Notes: generated by a model not told the origin, from the letters alone. A DNA stretch of 64,000 bases from Candidatus Zambryskiibacteriota bacterium (GCA_003173855.1 PPGI01000010.1:148696-212695); one strand, 5' to 3'. Numbered from the stretch's first letter, positions 9,466-19,162 are shown. Made by a program: numbers and translations.

Positions 9466-10728
9466 ATGCGTTTTAAACATCTCTTAACATCCCTGAAACT
9501 TGGCTTTTTTCTTGCTATTCGCCAAATCAGACGGTCATCAATTGGAACGACTGCACTTATTATATTTGTGATGACGTTAACGTTTTTAAACCTTGTTGTT
9601 ATTCGTGGTGTGCTGGTCGGTCTCATTGAGTCCTCAACCCAAGTTTATCGAGAAAGATATTCTGGGGATGTTTTTATTTCTGTTCTTCCCAAAAAAGAAT
9701 ACATCGAAAACAGCCCAAACATTATTGAAATTGTTAAAAATTTGCCATGGACTGATACATATTCTGCTCGTTACGTTCAAGGAGGCAAAATTGAGGGAAC
9801 ATATAAGGAGCGAATTGATTTTAAAGACAAAGCGAACGAAGCAGCTGCCCAAATTGCCGGCATTGATCCAATTGCTGAAGATCAAACTACAAACTTGTCT
9901 ACAAAAATAATCGAAGGCAGCTATTTGACTCCGGATGATACCGAATCAATTTTGGTAGGAGCAAATCTTTTGAAAAAATATTTAGCTTTTGAATCTCCGG
10001 CATTTTCAAATCTTTCTGATGTAGCTGTCGGTTCGCAAGTCAGGCTCACAGTAAACGGCAATACTCGCGAAATGACTATTAAAGGCGTAGTCAAAAGCAA
10101 AGTTGATGAACTAGATTTACGTGTTTTTATGCTCGACTCGACTCTGCGAACTTTGATTGGCAGAACTGATTACAATGTTGATGAGATTGCTATCAAAACA
10201 AAACCTGGTGTTGATCCATATATTGTAAAAAATGCCCTGCTAAATAGCGGAGTAGGAAACACGGCTACTGTTCAAGTATCTGAAGAAGCTTTGCCGAAGT
10301 TCTTGAAAGATATTAAAGACACTTTTGCTCTGCTCGGAAATGTTATTGGCTCAATTGGCATTGCTGTGGCTTCGATTACAATTTTTATTGTTATTTATAT
10401 TAACGCTATAACTCGCAGAAAATTTATCGGCATTATGAAAGGCATTGGCATTGATGCTGTGGCTATACAATTTTCTTACATCCTGCAATCCATTTTTTAC
10501 GCTTTCATGGGAGTAGTTTTAGGAATGCTATTTCTCTACGGATTTCTTGTACCATTTGTCGATGCTCATCCGATTAATTTTCCATTCAGCGACGGAATAA
10601 TTGTTGCTGAATATTCTGCAACAACAATACGAGCAATTTTGCTAATAATCACCACTATTATTGCTGGCTACATTCCAGCACGGTTAGTTGTAAAGCAAAA
10701 CACACTTGATGCAATATTAGGACGATAA
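9466..10728 (+). CDS. MacB/LolE-type ABC transporter permease
   Basis: N-terminal TM, large periplasmic loop, 'RRKFIGIMKGIG', C-terminal 'AGYIPAR'. Confidence 0.88.
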   Translation: MRFKHLLTSLKLGFFLAIRQIRRSSIGTTALIIFVMTLTFLNLVVIRGVLVGLIESSTQVYRERYSGDVFISVLPKKEYIENSPNIIEIVKNLPWTDTYSARYVQGGKIEGTYKERIDFKDKANEAAAQIAGIDPIAEDQTTNLSTKIIEGSYLTPDDTESILVGANLLKKYLAFESPAFSNLSDVAVGSQVRLTVNGNTREMTIKGVVKSKVDELDLRVFMLDSTLRTLIGRTDYNVDEIAIKTKPGVDPYIVKNALLNSGVGNTATVQVSEEALPKFLKDIKDTFALLGNVIGSIGIAVASITIFIVIYINAITRRKFIGIMKGIGIDAVAIQFSYILQSIFYAFMGVVLGMLFLYGFLVPFVDAHPINFPFSDGIIVAEYSATTIRAILLIITTIIAGYIPARLVVKQNTLDAILGR

Positions 10729-10729
10729 T

Positions 10730-11416
10730 ATGAAAATAATCGATGTAAAAAATCTGACCAAATCATACAAAAGCGGGGAATCAGAACTCGTAGTTTTAAA
10801 GAACTTGGATCTGAATGTTCCAAAAGGACAATTTCTTTCGATTATTGGCAGATCAGGTTCCGGGAAATCAACACTTCTTTATCAGTTGGGACTTTTGGAC
10901 AAGCCAAATTCTGGCGAAATAGTAATTACAGATAGACATGTTTCAAAATTAACTGACGACGAACGGACAAAATTTAGATTAAATAAACTCGGATATGTTT
11001 TTCAAGATTATGCGCTTATACCTGAATTGACTACTCTTGAAAATGTCTTGATCCCACTTTTGATGCAGGGTCTTAAACCAGAATCTGCGAGAACTAAGGC
11101 ACTAGACTCTTTGGAAAAATTAAATTTGATGGACAAACTAGATAGCTTGCCAAGCCAACTTTCGGGTGGTCAGCAACAAAGAGTTTCCATTGCTCGGGCT
11201 ATTGCTCATTCTCCTGAAATTATTTTTGCAGACGAGCCCACAGCTAACCTTGATACTGAAACATCTGACCAGGTTCTTGAAGCATTTCTTGATCTTCACA
11301 AAAAGGGCCAAACCATTATAATGGTCACTCACGAGCAGGAATATGCTGATCTAACAGATCGGGTAGTGCTATTATCAGACGGGAAAATCGTAAAGGACGA
11401 GCTTAACAAAAAATAA
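10730..11416 (+). CDS. ABC transporter ATP-binding protein (LolD/MacB-like)
   Basis: 'GRSGSGKST', 'LSGGQQQRV', 'ADEPTANLD', 'MVTHE'. Confidence 0.95.
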   Translation: MKIIDVKNLTKSYKSGESELVVLKNLDLNVPKGQFLSIIGRSGSGKSTLLYQLGLLDKPNSGEIVITDRHVSKLTDDERTKFRLNKLGYVFQDYALIPELTTLENVLIPLLMQGLKPESARTKALDSLEKLNLMDKLDSLPSQLSGGQQQRVSIARAIAHSPEIIFADEPTANLDTETSDQVLEAFLDLHKKGQTIIMVTHEQEYADLTDRVVLLSDGKIVKDELNKK

Positions 11417-11417
11417 T

Positions 11418-12896
11418 ATGAAAAAAAGAATAAATACTTTTATAAATTGGATAAAATCTCATAAAATAATTTCCGGAGTTGTCGCTCTGATTTTGCTTTT
11501 TATTCTTTATAAAATTGTTTTCCCAGGTGGAACACAACATGAAACTTATATTGTTAAATCTGGCGATGTTGTTCAAAAAGTTATAGTTAATGGAAATACA
11601 AGACCCGTTGATTCCGTTGATCTTTCTTTTGAGACGTCGGGTACAGTGGCCAAAGTTTACGCGCCTTTAGGCACCAGAGTTCAATCTGGCCAAACATTGG
11701 TTGCTCTTGATTCAGGAACAACTTATGCAAATTATTTGAAAGCTAAAGCTAACCTTCAAGGTGAACAAGCTAAACTGGATGATTTAAAAAATGGCACACG
11801 TCCGGAAGAACTTGCTGTTTCTCAAACTGAGGTCGACAACGCTCAAACCGCTGTAAATGATGCCGAAAAAAGTTTACAGGGTAAAGTTGTTGATATTATA
11901 AATAATAATGTTGACCAGCTTTTCTCAAATCCTCACACAAATATTGCGACAATCAATCTTGTTCTCTACGATTCTGACCTAAAAAACAAAATTAATAATG
12001 AACGAGTTGTAATGGAAAATGTTTTAAATACTTGGTCAGCAAATAATGTTGAAACTTATTTTCCGCAAGTTTCTAGTTTTATTGATCATGTGGCACTTGC
12101 TGTAAATACTCAATCTGCATCACCAACCTTGTCACAAACAACCATTGATGGTTATAAATCTGCACTATCATCTGCTCGAGCTTCGCTCGTTTCAGAAAAG
12201 CAATCACTTAATAATGCCCAGGCTTCATTGATGGTCGCAGAAAAAAATCTTGCACTTAAAAAAGCTGGTGCAACTCCAGAAGCAATTGCTGCCGAAGCTG
12301 CTCAAGTTTTAGAGATGCAGGCACAGTTTGAAAGTGCTTCTTCAGAATTATCTAAAATGACTTTACGCTCTCCGCAAAATGGGATTGTTACTCGAGAAGA
12401 TGCTAAAGTTGGCCAGACTGTCACACCCGGAACAGTTGTAGTTTCTATTATTTCCGATAATAATTTAGAGATTGAGGCAAATGTTTCCGAAATAAATATC
12501 GGCAAGGTTGCAATTGGCAATCAAGCTGCTATCACTTTTGATGCATTTCCTGGACAAACTTACGAAGGAAAAGTGACTTACATTGAACCAGGCGAAACTA
12601 TTGTTGATGGAGTGGTAAATTACAAAGTCAAAGTTGCATTTTCAAAACTTTATCCAGAAATAAAAAGCGGATTGACCTGCAAGCTCGAAATTATCACTGG
12701 TACAAAAAACAATGTGCTCGTTGTCCCGCAATATTCTCTTAAAACAAAAGACAACGAGACTTTCGTTTTAAAAAAGGAGGGGAAAAATTATGTTGAAGTT
12801 CCTGTGACTGTTGGATTAAAAGGCCAGGATGGTAGTGTTGAAGTTATATCTGGATTAATATCAGGCGACATAATTGATACAATTTCAGTAAAATAA
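11418..12896 (+). CDS. efflux periplasmic adaptor (MacA/HlyD family)
   Basis: TM, lipoyl half-motifs 'SGTVAKV', 'LRSPQNGIV', long coiled coil, 'VTVGL...VEVISGL..GD'. Confidence 0.88.
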   Translation: MKKRINTFINWIKSHKIISGVVALILLFILYKIVFPGGTQHETYIVKSGDVVQKVIVNGNTRPVDSVDLSFETSGTVAKVYAPLGTRVQSGQTLVALDSGTTYANYLKAKANLQGEQAKLDDLKNGTRPEELAVSQTEVDNAQTAVNDAEKSLQGKVVDIINNNVDQLFSNPHTNIATINLVLYDSDLKNKINNERVVMENVLNTWSANNVETYFPQVSSFIDHVALAVNTQSASPTLSQTTIDGYKSALSSARASLVSEKQSLNNAQASLMVAEKNLALKKAGATPEAIAAEAAQVLEMQAQFESASSELSKMTLRSPQNGIVTREDAKVGQTVTPGTVVVSIISDNNLEIEANVSEINIGKVAIGNQAAITFDAFPGQTYEGKVTYIEPGETIVDGVVNYKVKVAFSKLYPEIKSGLTCKLEIITGTKNNVLVVPQYSLKTKDNETFVLKKEGKNYVEVPVTVGLKGQDGSVEVISGLISGDIIDTISVK

Positions 12897-12966
12897 GGCT
12901 AACTTGAGGGATATTTTAATTTGACGTTTTAATTTTTGAATGCTAATATTTGTACGGAGGACTTTC

Positions 12967-13293
12967 ATGGTTCTGGCACGCATTTGTCGCTACATAGCAA
13001 CACGACCTTATGTAGGAGACGAGGAAACACTCCAAGTAATTGCTTTAGATGAATATGCGACGTACAAATTCATCAATTTTCAGAAATACGATAACGAAAC
13101 ATACTACTTTCCCTTCGAAGGACGTGACGATATTGTAGATGTCACACTTCCTATGCTCGATGCTGCTACAATAAGGAACCGCCTTGCAGAGATGAATGAC
13201 CATCTGGAATCGGAAACATCAGTGGTTATTGTCCGAAAGATTGACCCGTTGCAGGCTCATTTTGGAAAGTTCGGAACACACAACAGACGGTAA
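12967..13293 (+). CDS. orphan protein (108 aa), solitary cassette
   Basis: TTGACG(12921)-17-TAATAT, SD GGAGG, ATG 12967, terminator 13297-13327. Confidence 0.7.
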   Translation: MVLARICRYIATRPYVGDEETLQVIALDEYATYKFINFQKYDNETYYFPFEGRDDIVDVTLPMLDAATIRNRLAEMNDHLESETSVVIVRKIDPLQAHFGKFGTHNRR

Positions 13294-13296
13294 GAT

Positions 13297-13327
13297 AAGG
13301 GCGCACGTCATGTGCGCCTTTCGTTTT
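13297..13327 (+). terminator. intrinsic terminator
   Basis: AAGGGCGCAC-loop-GTGCGCCTTT followed by T-rich tract. Confidence 0.75.
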
Positions 13328-13353
13328 AGGCGATTTTTTGATAATCTTTTCGT

Positions 13354-14241
13354 GTGAAAGATTACACAATTATTTTGTTTTATAAATATGTCGATATAGA
13401 GAATCCGGAAAAACTCCGTCTGGAGCAACTTGATTTGTGCACAAAACTTGGACTTAAAGGTAGGATAATTGTTGCTAAAGAGGGAATTAATGCCACACTT
13501 GAAGGCACAAATGAGAATATTCGAAAATATCTTGATATTTATTTACAAGATTCAAGATTTAAAGACACACATATTAAAAAAAGTGCGGGAACTGGGAATG
13601 CCTTTCCAAAATTGAAAATAAAAGTCCGACCGGAAATTGTTTCAATGCATTTGAAAAGTGATTTTTCTCCAAATGAGATCACTGGAAAGCGTCTAAATGC
13701 AGATGAACTTAAAAAATGGTTTGAATCTGGAGAAGAATTTGAAATTATCGATATGCGAAACGATTATGAGTTCAAAGTTGGACGATTTAGAAATTCAATA
13801 ATGTCAGATTTAGAAAATTTTAGAGATGTTCCAAAAGTTCTAAATGGTTTGAGATCTTTGAAAGAGAAAAAAGTTCTGACAGTTTGTACAGGTGGCGTTC
13901 GATGTGAAAAAGCATCAGGATTTTTAGTTAAAAATGGTTTTAAAGATGTCTATCAGCTGGATGGCGGAATAGTAAGTTATATTGAAAAATACCCTGGACA
14001 AGAATTTGAGGGGTCACTTTATGTTTTTGATAATCGAATCACAATGACTTTTGATAATGATCTAAATCACAAAGTGGTTGGTAGATGTGAAAAATGTGGA
14101 ATTTTGTCGGAAAGATATGTTAATTGCAAAAATCCGGAATGCAACAAACATTTTCTGTGTTGTGAAAATTGTTCAGAGTCAGATGGAAAATCTTTTTGTG
14201 GAATTTCTTGTTTTGAAAAAATTTCTCTGTTAGAAAAATAA
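13354..14241 (+). CDS. trhO: rhodanese-domain tRNA U34 hydroxylase (TrhO/YceA family)
   Basis: 'LFYKYV', 'GRIIVAKEGINAT', 'DMRNDYE', 'CTGGVRCEKAS', 'YVFDNR'. Confidence 0.92.
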   Translation: MKDYTIILFYKYVDIENPEKLRLEQLDLCTKLGLKGRIIVAKEGINATLEGTNENIRKYLDIYLQDSRFKDTHIKKSAGTGNAFPKLKIKVRPEIVSMHLKSDFSPNEITGKRLNADELKKWFESGEEFEIIDMRNDYEFKVGRFRNSIMSDLENFRDVPKVLNGLRSLKEKKVLTVCTGGVRCEKASGFLVKNGFKDVYQLDGGIVSYIEKYPGQEFEGSLYVFDNRITMTFDNDLNHKVVGRCEKCGILSERYVNCKNPECNKHFLCCENCSESDGKSFCGISCFEKISLLEK

Positions 14242-14247
14242 TTTTTC

Positions 14248-14256
14248 TGTGGATAA
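14248..14256 (-). promoter_or_regulatory. single consensus DnaA box
   Basis: TGTGGATAA is the reverse complement of TTATCCACA; at the start of an AT-rich intergenic region. Confidence 0.35.
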
Positions 14257-14461
14257 CTAGGCTTGATTTTCATTTACACATCAGAATTTTACGCTACAAT
14301 AAAAATGTGGCAGGATTTTTTGAAAAAAATTTCCGAAATAAAAATTAAAAATAAATTTTCCAAAAAATAAAAGAAAAATGAAAGTTATATAAGTTCAGTT
14401 TTCTTTTTAATGTAATTGACAAGACAACAAAAAATTGGTAATTTATAACTAGAGGATAATT

Positions 14462-14800
14462 ATGATTACATTTTGGTTACTAGTACTGGCAACCGGAGCG
14501 CTTGGGACTGTAGCTGATATCGCTCTGAATAAGTGGACAAAGGTGAGCACTACAGCCTGGTGGTCATGGAGTGCGCTGCTTTTCATTGTATTCATGACTT
14601 GTTTTGGCTTGATAATTAAATTGGCTAAAACAAGGGGTTATGGCCTCACTGTCCCTGTTTTGTTTGTTCTGGCGTTTGACATTCTTGGGGTAGCAATCTG
14701 GGATGTTCATGTTGAGAACAGTACATTTACCCCACTACAGTGGACTTCACTTGTTCTCGTAACAATAGCGATTATTGGTTTCGAGATAAAAAGCTTCTAG
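14462..14800 (+). CDS. small 4-TM membrane protein (SMR/DMT-like), solitary cassette
   Basis: TTGACA(14416)-17-TAATTT, SD GAGGA, four hydrophobic helices; hairpin 14806-14830 plus T tract. Confidence 0.7.
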   Translation: MITFWLLVLATGALGTVADIALNKWTKVSTTAWWSWSALLFIVFMTCFGLIIKLAKTRGYGLTVPVLFVLAFDILGVAIWDVHVENSTFTPLQWTSLVLVTIAIIGFEIKSF

Positions 14801-15366
14801 ACCTTGGCCAGCGCTTTCTTGGTGCTGGCCTTTCGCTTTTGTGCATTAATATTCAACAGATAATTTGGGATCAAACCTTCTTTTTTGTATTTTTCTACAA
14901 TAATTTTTGGCAGATCTTTAAAACCATGTATACTTCCACGACAAACTTTGTTTCCACACCTGCAAATTATATTTTTTGCTGTGACATCATATTCAAGTGA
15001 GGCATAATCAAAAGTTAGTTCCTCACCTTTAGTTATTTTCTGCCTGGCAACAACTCTGATGTAAGGCCTTTTATGATTTTCGACGATTTTAATAACAGTA
15101 TTTGGGTCGCACGAGTGATTCAAATAATGTCCGAAGTCGGATTGACCATCGTTCCGAACTGGTTCAATATTTCGATCTAAATCAATAGCAAAAGAATATT
15201 TTGTTCGTTTTTTCTGTATTGGACCAGTTACAAGAAACAATAACTCTCCCTTTTTAAAATCTTTTTTGGTTACAACTCCAAGTTGATTTTTAAGAAAATT
15301 ACTGTTTCTAACCACAAGAGTATTAGTTTCTGGCAAAATCGTGCCAGATATCTGTTTTTGATTCAT
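14797..15366 (-). CDS. SET-domain protein-lysine methyltransferase with post-SET motif
   Basis: 'YLNHSCDPN', 'I.KGEELTFDY', 'CRCGNKVCRG'. Confidence 0.93.
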   Translation of the reverse strand: MNQKQISGTILPETNTLVVRNSNFLKNQLGVVTKKDFKKGELLFLVTGPIQKKRTKYSFAIDLDRNIEPVRNDGQSDFGHYLNHSCDPNTVIKIVENHKRPYIRVVARQKITKGEELTFDYASLEYDVTAKNIICRCGNKVCRGSIHGFKDLPKIIVEKYKKEGLIPNYLLNINAQKRKASTKKALAKV

Positions 15367-15367
15367 A

Positions 15368-15751
15368 TTAAACTCTCGTTACAACTGAATGTGTCTCGGA
15401 TTTTGCTTTCCAAAACCCCATGCAATATTTTAATGCTACATCAGGATCAAATTCTTTACATGAAAAAAGATTTAAATAGACTGCATTGAGCATAGGAAGT
15501 GGGTGACAAACTACGTTGCTTGTTTCGATAAATTGAAATCCAGAGATTCCTCTCAAATGCGGAATATCAGAAGTGTCCTCCCAAAAAAATGGGTCTCCAT
15601 GTCTTTTCATATCAACTAAATCACATAATTCAACGAAAAATTTTTGAAGTTTTTCTCTGCTTAAATCAGAAAGATCACAACCTTTTAAATCCATAATCAG
15701 CTCAAGTCCATAATTTCCTTTATATCCAAATTTTTGTTCTGAATTTTTCAT
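15368..15751 (-). CDS. S-adenosylmethionine decarboxylase-like proenzyme (class 1B fold)
   Basis: 'GLELIMDLKGCD', 'GISGFQFIETSNVVCH', 'YLNLFSCKEFD'. Confidence 0.85.
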   Translation of the reverse strand: MKNSEQKFGYKGNYGLELIMDLKGCDLSDLSREKLQKFFVELCDLVDMKRHGDPFFWEDTSDIPHLRGISGFQFIETSNVVCHPLPMLNAVYLNLFSCKEFDPDVALKYCMGFWKAKSETHSVVTRV

Positions 15752-15819
15752 GCTTGATACTGAATAAGTTAATTATTATAATGAATTATTATACATGATA
15801 ATTTAAAGTTGTCTAAGTT

Positions 15820-16638
15820 ATGAATAAAAAAGTGCATAATCTGTATATCACTCTACTTTGGGTACTTTATGTACTATTTATCGGCTGGTTTTTATGGATC
15901 TATCTAAGCAAAACCTCTGATAATCCAAATAATATTTACACTAATTTTTATGGCGTGATACCCCTTCTTGGAGGATTTTATGGTTTATGGTTATCAAAAT
16001 ATTGGGGAGGATGGAATAGTAAAGTTGGAAAGGCAGTGATACTTCTATCGAGCGGTTTGGTTACATGGGGAATAGGAATGGTCATTTGGCTTTACTATAA
16101 TATTATTCTACATGTTGATATTCCATATCCATCTTTGGCTGACGCTGCATTTATTCTAAGTTGGCCATTATGGGGAGCAGGGGCTGCTTTTCTTTCCATT
16201 GCTACAGGAGCAAAACTAGGTATGAGAGAAGTTAAGGGACGAGTAATGCTTTTCATTATTCCCATAATTGTTATTACCTTCTCATATTTTTTCCTAGTAA
16301 CCATTGCTAGGGGTGGGGTAGTCAGTGATTATCTTGGATTTTCAAAAACTTTTTTCGATGTGGCATATCCCGTTGGAGATGTTGTCATTTTAAGTATTAC
16401 ACTTTTAGTTTTCGGACTTTCATATAAATATTTTGGTGGAATATATAAAAAAGCTATTTACTTTATTTTGTTTGCATTTGTTATGAATTATTTTGCTGAT
16501 TTCACATTCTCATACACCACAACTTTAGGAACTTATTACAACGGAAGTCTTGCTGATGCCTTGTTTGTAACGACAATGACTATTTTAAGTACAGGTATTA
16601 TATTGCTAGATCCTAAAAAACTTGATCATCATAATTAA
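15820..16638 (+). CDS. multi-pass (7-8 TM) membrane protein, putative sensor module
   Basis: Hydrophobic helices; 'PYPSLAD', 'AYPVGD' motifs typical of 7TM sensor domains; upstream of a kinase. Confidence 0.75.
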   Translation: MNKKVHNLYITLLWVLYVLFIGWFLWIYLSKTSDNPNNIYTNFYGVIPLLGGFYGLWLSKYWGGWNSKVGKAVILLSSGLVTWGIGMVIWLYYNIILHVDIPYPSLADAAFILSWPLWGAGAAFLSIATGAKLGMREVKGRVMLFIIPIIVITFSYFFLVTIARGGVVSDYLGFSKTFFDVAYPVGDVVILSITLLVFGLSYKYFGGIYKKAIYFILFAFVMNYFADFTFSYTTTLGTYYNGSLADALFVTTMTILSTGIILLDPKKLDHHN

Positions 16639-16639
16639 A

Positions 16640-16924
16640 ATGCCTAAATTTGATCAAATCGCAATAAAAATAATTAAGGAACAAGAATTAGTTGTCGGAC
16701 CTTTAGCATGGTCGGAAGCAAAAAAAGTCCAAGGTCTCCAGGTAATTGATGATAAAAATGGGCAGGTTAGCTTCAATGATTCAGATCAAAAAGGAGTAAT
16801 TAACCGGCTAGTTGACCAGTATTCAAAGCTTTTTGGTAAGGCTTCTCGTGAAGTTTGCCGGGAAGCAGCGGCATCATTAATAGCTAATCTTTCGCCACAA
16901 GAAGTACCATCAAGTCTTGAATAA
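16640..16924 (+). CDS. small soluble protein of unknown function (94 aa)
   Basis: ATG 1 nt after the upstream stop; helical 'KIIKEQELVVGPLAW...LVDQYSKLFG..S.EVC'. Confidence 0.75.
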   Translation: MPKFDQIAIKIIKEQELVVGPLAWSEAKKVQGLQVIDDKNGQVSFNDSDQKGVINRLVDQYSKLFGKASREVCREAAASLIANLSPQEVPSSLE

Positions 16925-16930
16925 TTTCAT

Positions 16931-17755
16931 ATGACTGACCAGGATAACAATCAAATTTCTCCGGAAGAATATAAAAAGATTACTGAATCAATGTATAATC
17001 AGAATCTGGAACTAGCCAGACTCTATAAACAAGTCGATAGTCTTAATCACGATCTTAGTCTTGCCAATCAGAGTCAGGCGAATTTGATGCACTTTATGAA
17101 TCATCAGATCAAAGGTCATTTTGGGAACGCTCGAAATATTTTTGCTGAGCTTCTGACAAATGATTACGGGGAAATACCGGAATTTGCCAAACCTTTTCTC
17201 GAAAAGGGTCTTGAGGAAACCAGAATGGGAGTTGATTATGTGCAGAGTATTTTAAAAGGTGCAAGTGCTGAAAACGGTACGCTCCCTTACGATATGAAGC
17301 AAATGGATTTAAAAAGGGTTGTTGAGGAGGTAGCAAATAAACAAAAGGAATTTGCGGAAAAAAAGGGTCTTAAGTTCAGTCTCGAAATTGGGGACGGTAC
17401 TTACAATATTAATGGTGACGAAGTTCAGTTAGGTGAAGCCATTAAAAATCTATTAGACAATTCTATAAACTACACAATAAATGGTGAAGTAAAAGTTTCG
17501 CTTATAAATTCTAATAATTCAGTACAAATTAAGGTAGAAGATACGGGAATTGGAATTGATCCGGAGGACAAAGACAAACTATTTAAATCTGGCGGACGAG
17601 GAAAAGATTCTCAAAAAATAAATGTAAATTCTACTGGATACGGACTTGTGTTTGTTAAGGGTGTTGTTGAAGCGCACAAGGGACGAGTTTGGGTCGAATC
17701 GGAGGGGGTTAATAAGGGATCGACTTTTTTTGTAGAACTCCCAAAAACTTCTTAA
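16931..17755 (+). CDS. soluble sensor histidine kinase (HisKA + HATPase, no TM)
   Basis: H-box 'NHQIKG', N-box 'NLLDNSINYT', 'DTGIGI', 'GYGL', 'GSTF'. Confidence 0.92.
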   Translation: MTDQDNNQISPEEYKKITESMYNQNLELARLYKQVDSLNHDLSLANQSQANLMHFMNHQIKGHFGNARNIFAELLTNDYGEIPEFAKPFLEKGLEETRMGVDYVQSILKGASAENGTLPYDMKQMDLKRVVEEVANKQKEFAEKKGLKFSLEIGDGTYNINGDEVQLGEAIKNLLDNSINYTINGEVKVSLINSNNSVQIKVEDTGIGIDPEDKDKLFKSGGRGKDSQKINVNSTGYGLVFVKGVVEAHKGRVWVESEGVNKGSTFFVELPKTS

Positions 17756-17773
17756 ATACGGTACAATCCCGGC

Positions 17774-18475
17774 ATGTCGCAAGAGCATGTTTGGGAAAGG
17801 GAATACAGAAAGCCAAAATTGTTGACCAAACAAAACAAACCGCAGAACGATACGGTCAGATTTGTCGAGTTTTTAAAGAAAAAAGCCAAAGTTAAGGCAG
17901 AAGGTTTGCGAGTGCTGGATCTTGGTTCTGGGGCAGGGCGAAACAGCTTTTATTTTGCAAAACTTGGAAATCAGGTCAGCGGGCTTGAAATTTCGAAAAC
18001 TGCAATTGATGTGGCTAGAAGTTTTGCTAGAGATGCCAATTTACGTATTGATTACAAACGACAGACTATCGGAGACATTTTCCCATATGAAAATAATACT
18101 TTCGATATTGTACTTGATGTAGTTTCATCAAACTCGCTAACTGAAATTGAACGAGAGATTTATTTATCTGAAGTAAACCGCGTTCTAAAACCAGGAGGAT
18201 ATTTTTTCGTAAAAGCTTTGTCAAAAACAGGGGATTTGAATACCAAATATTTGCTCAAGCAATTTCCCGGCAAGGAAAAAGATACTTACAAAATGCCAGA
18301 TTTAGGAGTAGTGGAACGCGTCTGGTCCGAGAAAGATTTTATTGAATATTACTCTAAATTTTTTAAAATTTTAAAAATTGGGCGTAAAACAAACTATCCG
18401 CGTATGAATGATAGGTCCTACAAGCGCAACTACTGGATATCCTATATGAAAAAGGAAAGTATTGACATTAAATAA
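17774..18475 (+). CDS. class I SAM-dependent methyltransferase
   Basis: 'VLDLGSGAGRN', 'FDIV', 'RVLKPGG'. Confidence 0.9.
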   Translation: MSQEHVWEREYRKPKLLTKQNKPQNDTVRFVEFLKKKAKVKAEGLRVLDLGSGAGRNSFYFAKLGNQVSGLEISKTAIDVARSFARDANLRIDYKRQTIGDIFPYENNTFDIVLDVVSSNSLTEIEREIYLSEVNRVLKPGGYFFVKALSKTGDLNTKYLLKQFPGKEKDTYKMPDLGVVERVWSEKDFIEYYSKFFKILKIGRKTNYPRMNDRSYKRNYWISYMKKESIDIK

Positions 18476-18512
18476 ATTTATGTTATTTTAATGTAAGAAG
18501 GGAGAATGACTA

Positions 18513-19094
18513 ATGACAAAACAAGAAGAGGATATCTTAAGAGACAACAGGCTCTTCTTAGGTGATGACATTGGAAGGAAAAGCTTCTTCTATGTTCGAG
18601 AAGCAATTATGCTAAAGATGTCACAAGGGAACCCGACTCTCACCATTCATCTATCGAGTAATGGTGGAGACGTAGCCCCAGGTCGTGACATATTCGATTT
18701 CCTCAAGTACTACCCCGGAAAGAAAATTGGAGTTGGTCATGCGCTTGTGGCATCGACGGCTGCAATTGTCATGCAGGCGTGTGATTGGAGAGTTGTGACC
18801 CCATATACCAATGTGCTCATCCACAGTGTTTCAGGAACGAGGATCACATTAGAAGTTATCCAGAATTCCGACAAAATGAAAAAATTTGTCGAGGAATTGG
18901 AACGAGTTCAAGGAATATCTACTCAGATTCTTTCATCAAGAACCAAAAAAACCGCCAAGCAGATCATTGAAATTTGTGAACAAGATGCTTCGATGTCGGC
19001 TGAAGAGGCAAAGGAATTTGGTCTTATAGACCAGATCATTGTCACTGAAGCAGACATACGAGCACCTTGGATGGTGAAAGAAGAAAAAAAGTAG
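18513..19094 (+). CDS. divergent ClpP-family protease, solitary cassette
   Basis: 'LSSNGGDV', Ser 'VASTA', His 'LIHS', Asp 'QDASMSAEEAKEFGLID'; own TTGACA promoter (18462), SD GGGAG, terminator 19101-19138. Confidence 0.85.
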   Translation: MTKQEEDILRDNRLFLGDDIGRKSFFYVREAIMLKMSQGNPTLTIHLSSNGGDVAPGRDIFDFLKYYPGKKIGVGHALVASTAAIVMQACDWRVVTPYTNVLIHSVSGTRITLEVIQNSDKMKKFVEELERVQGISTQILSSRTKKTAKQIIEICEQDASMSAEEAKEFGLIDQIIVTEADIRAPWMVKEEKK

Positions 19095-19100
19095 CCTCAT

Positions 19101-19138
19101 GCAGAAAGCTTCGCGCTTCGCGTGGGGCTTTTCTGTTT
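19101..19138 (+). terminator. intrinsic terminator
   Basis: AGCTTCGCG-cttcg-CGTGGGGCT followed by TTTCTGTTT. Confidence 0.7.
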
Positions 19139-19162
19139 ATTAAAATTTGATAAACTTACAAT

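Noticed and set aside
14242-14460. oriC candidate (AT-rich region with a DnaA box)
   Set aside because: Only one consensus box, no cluster, no dnaA/dnaN nearby and no divergent strand switch.
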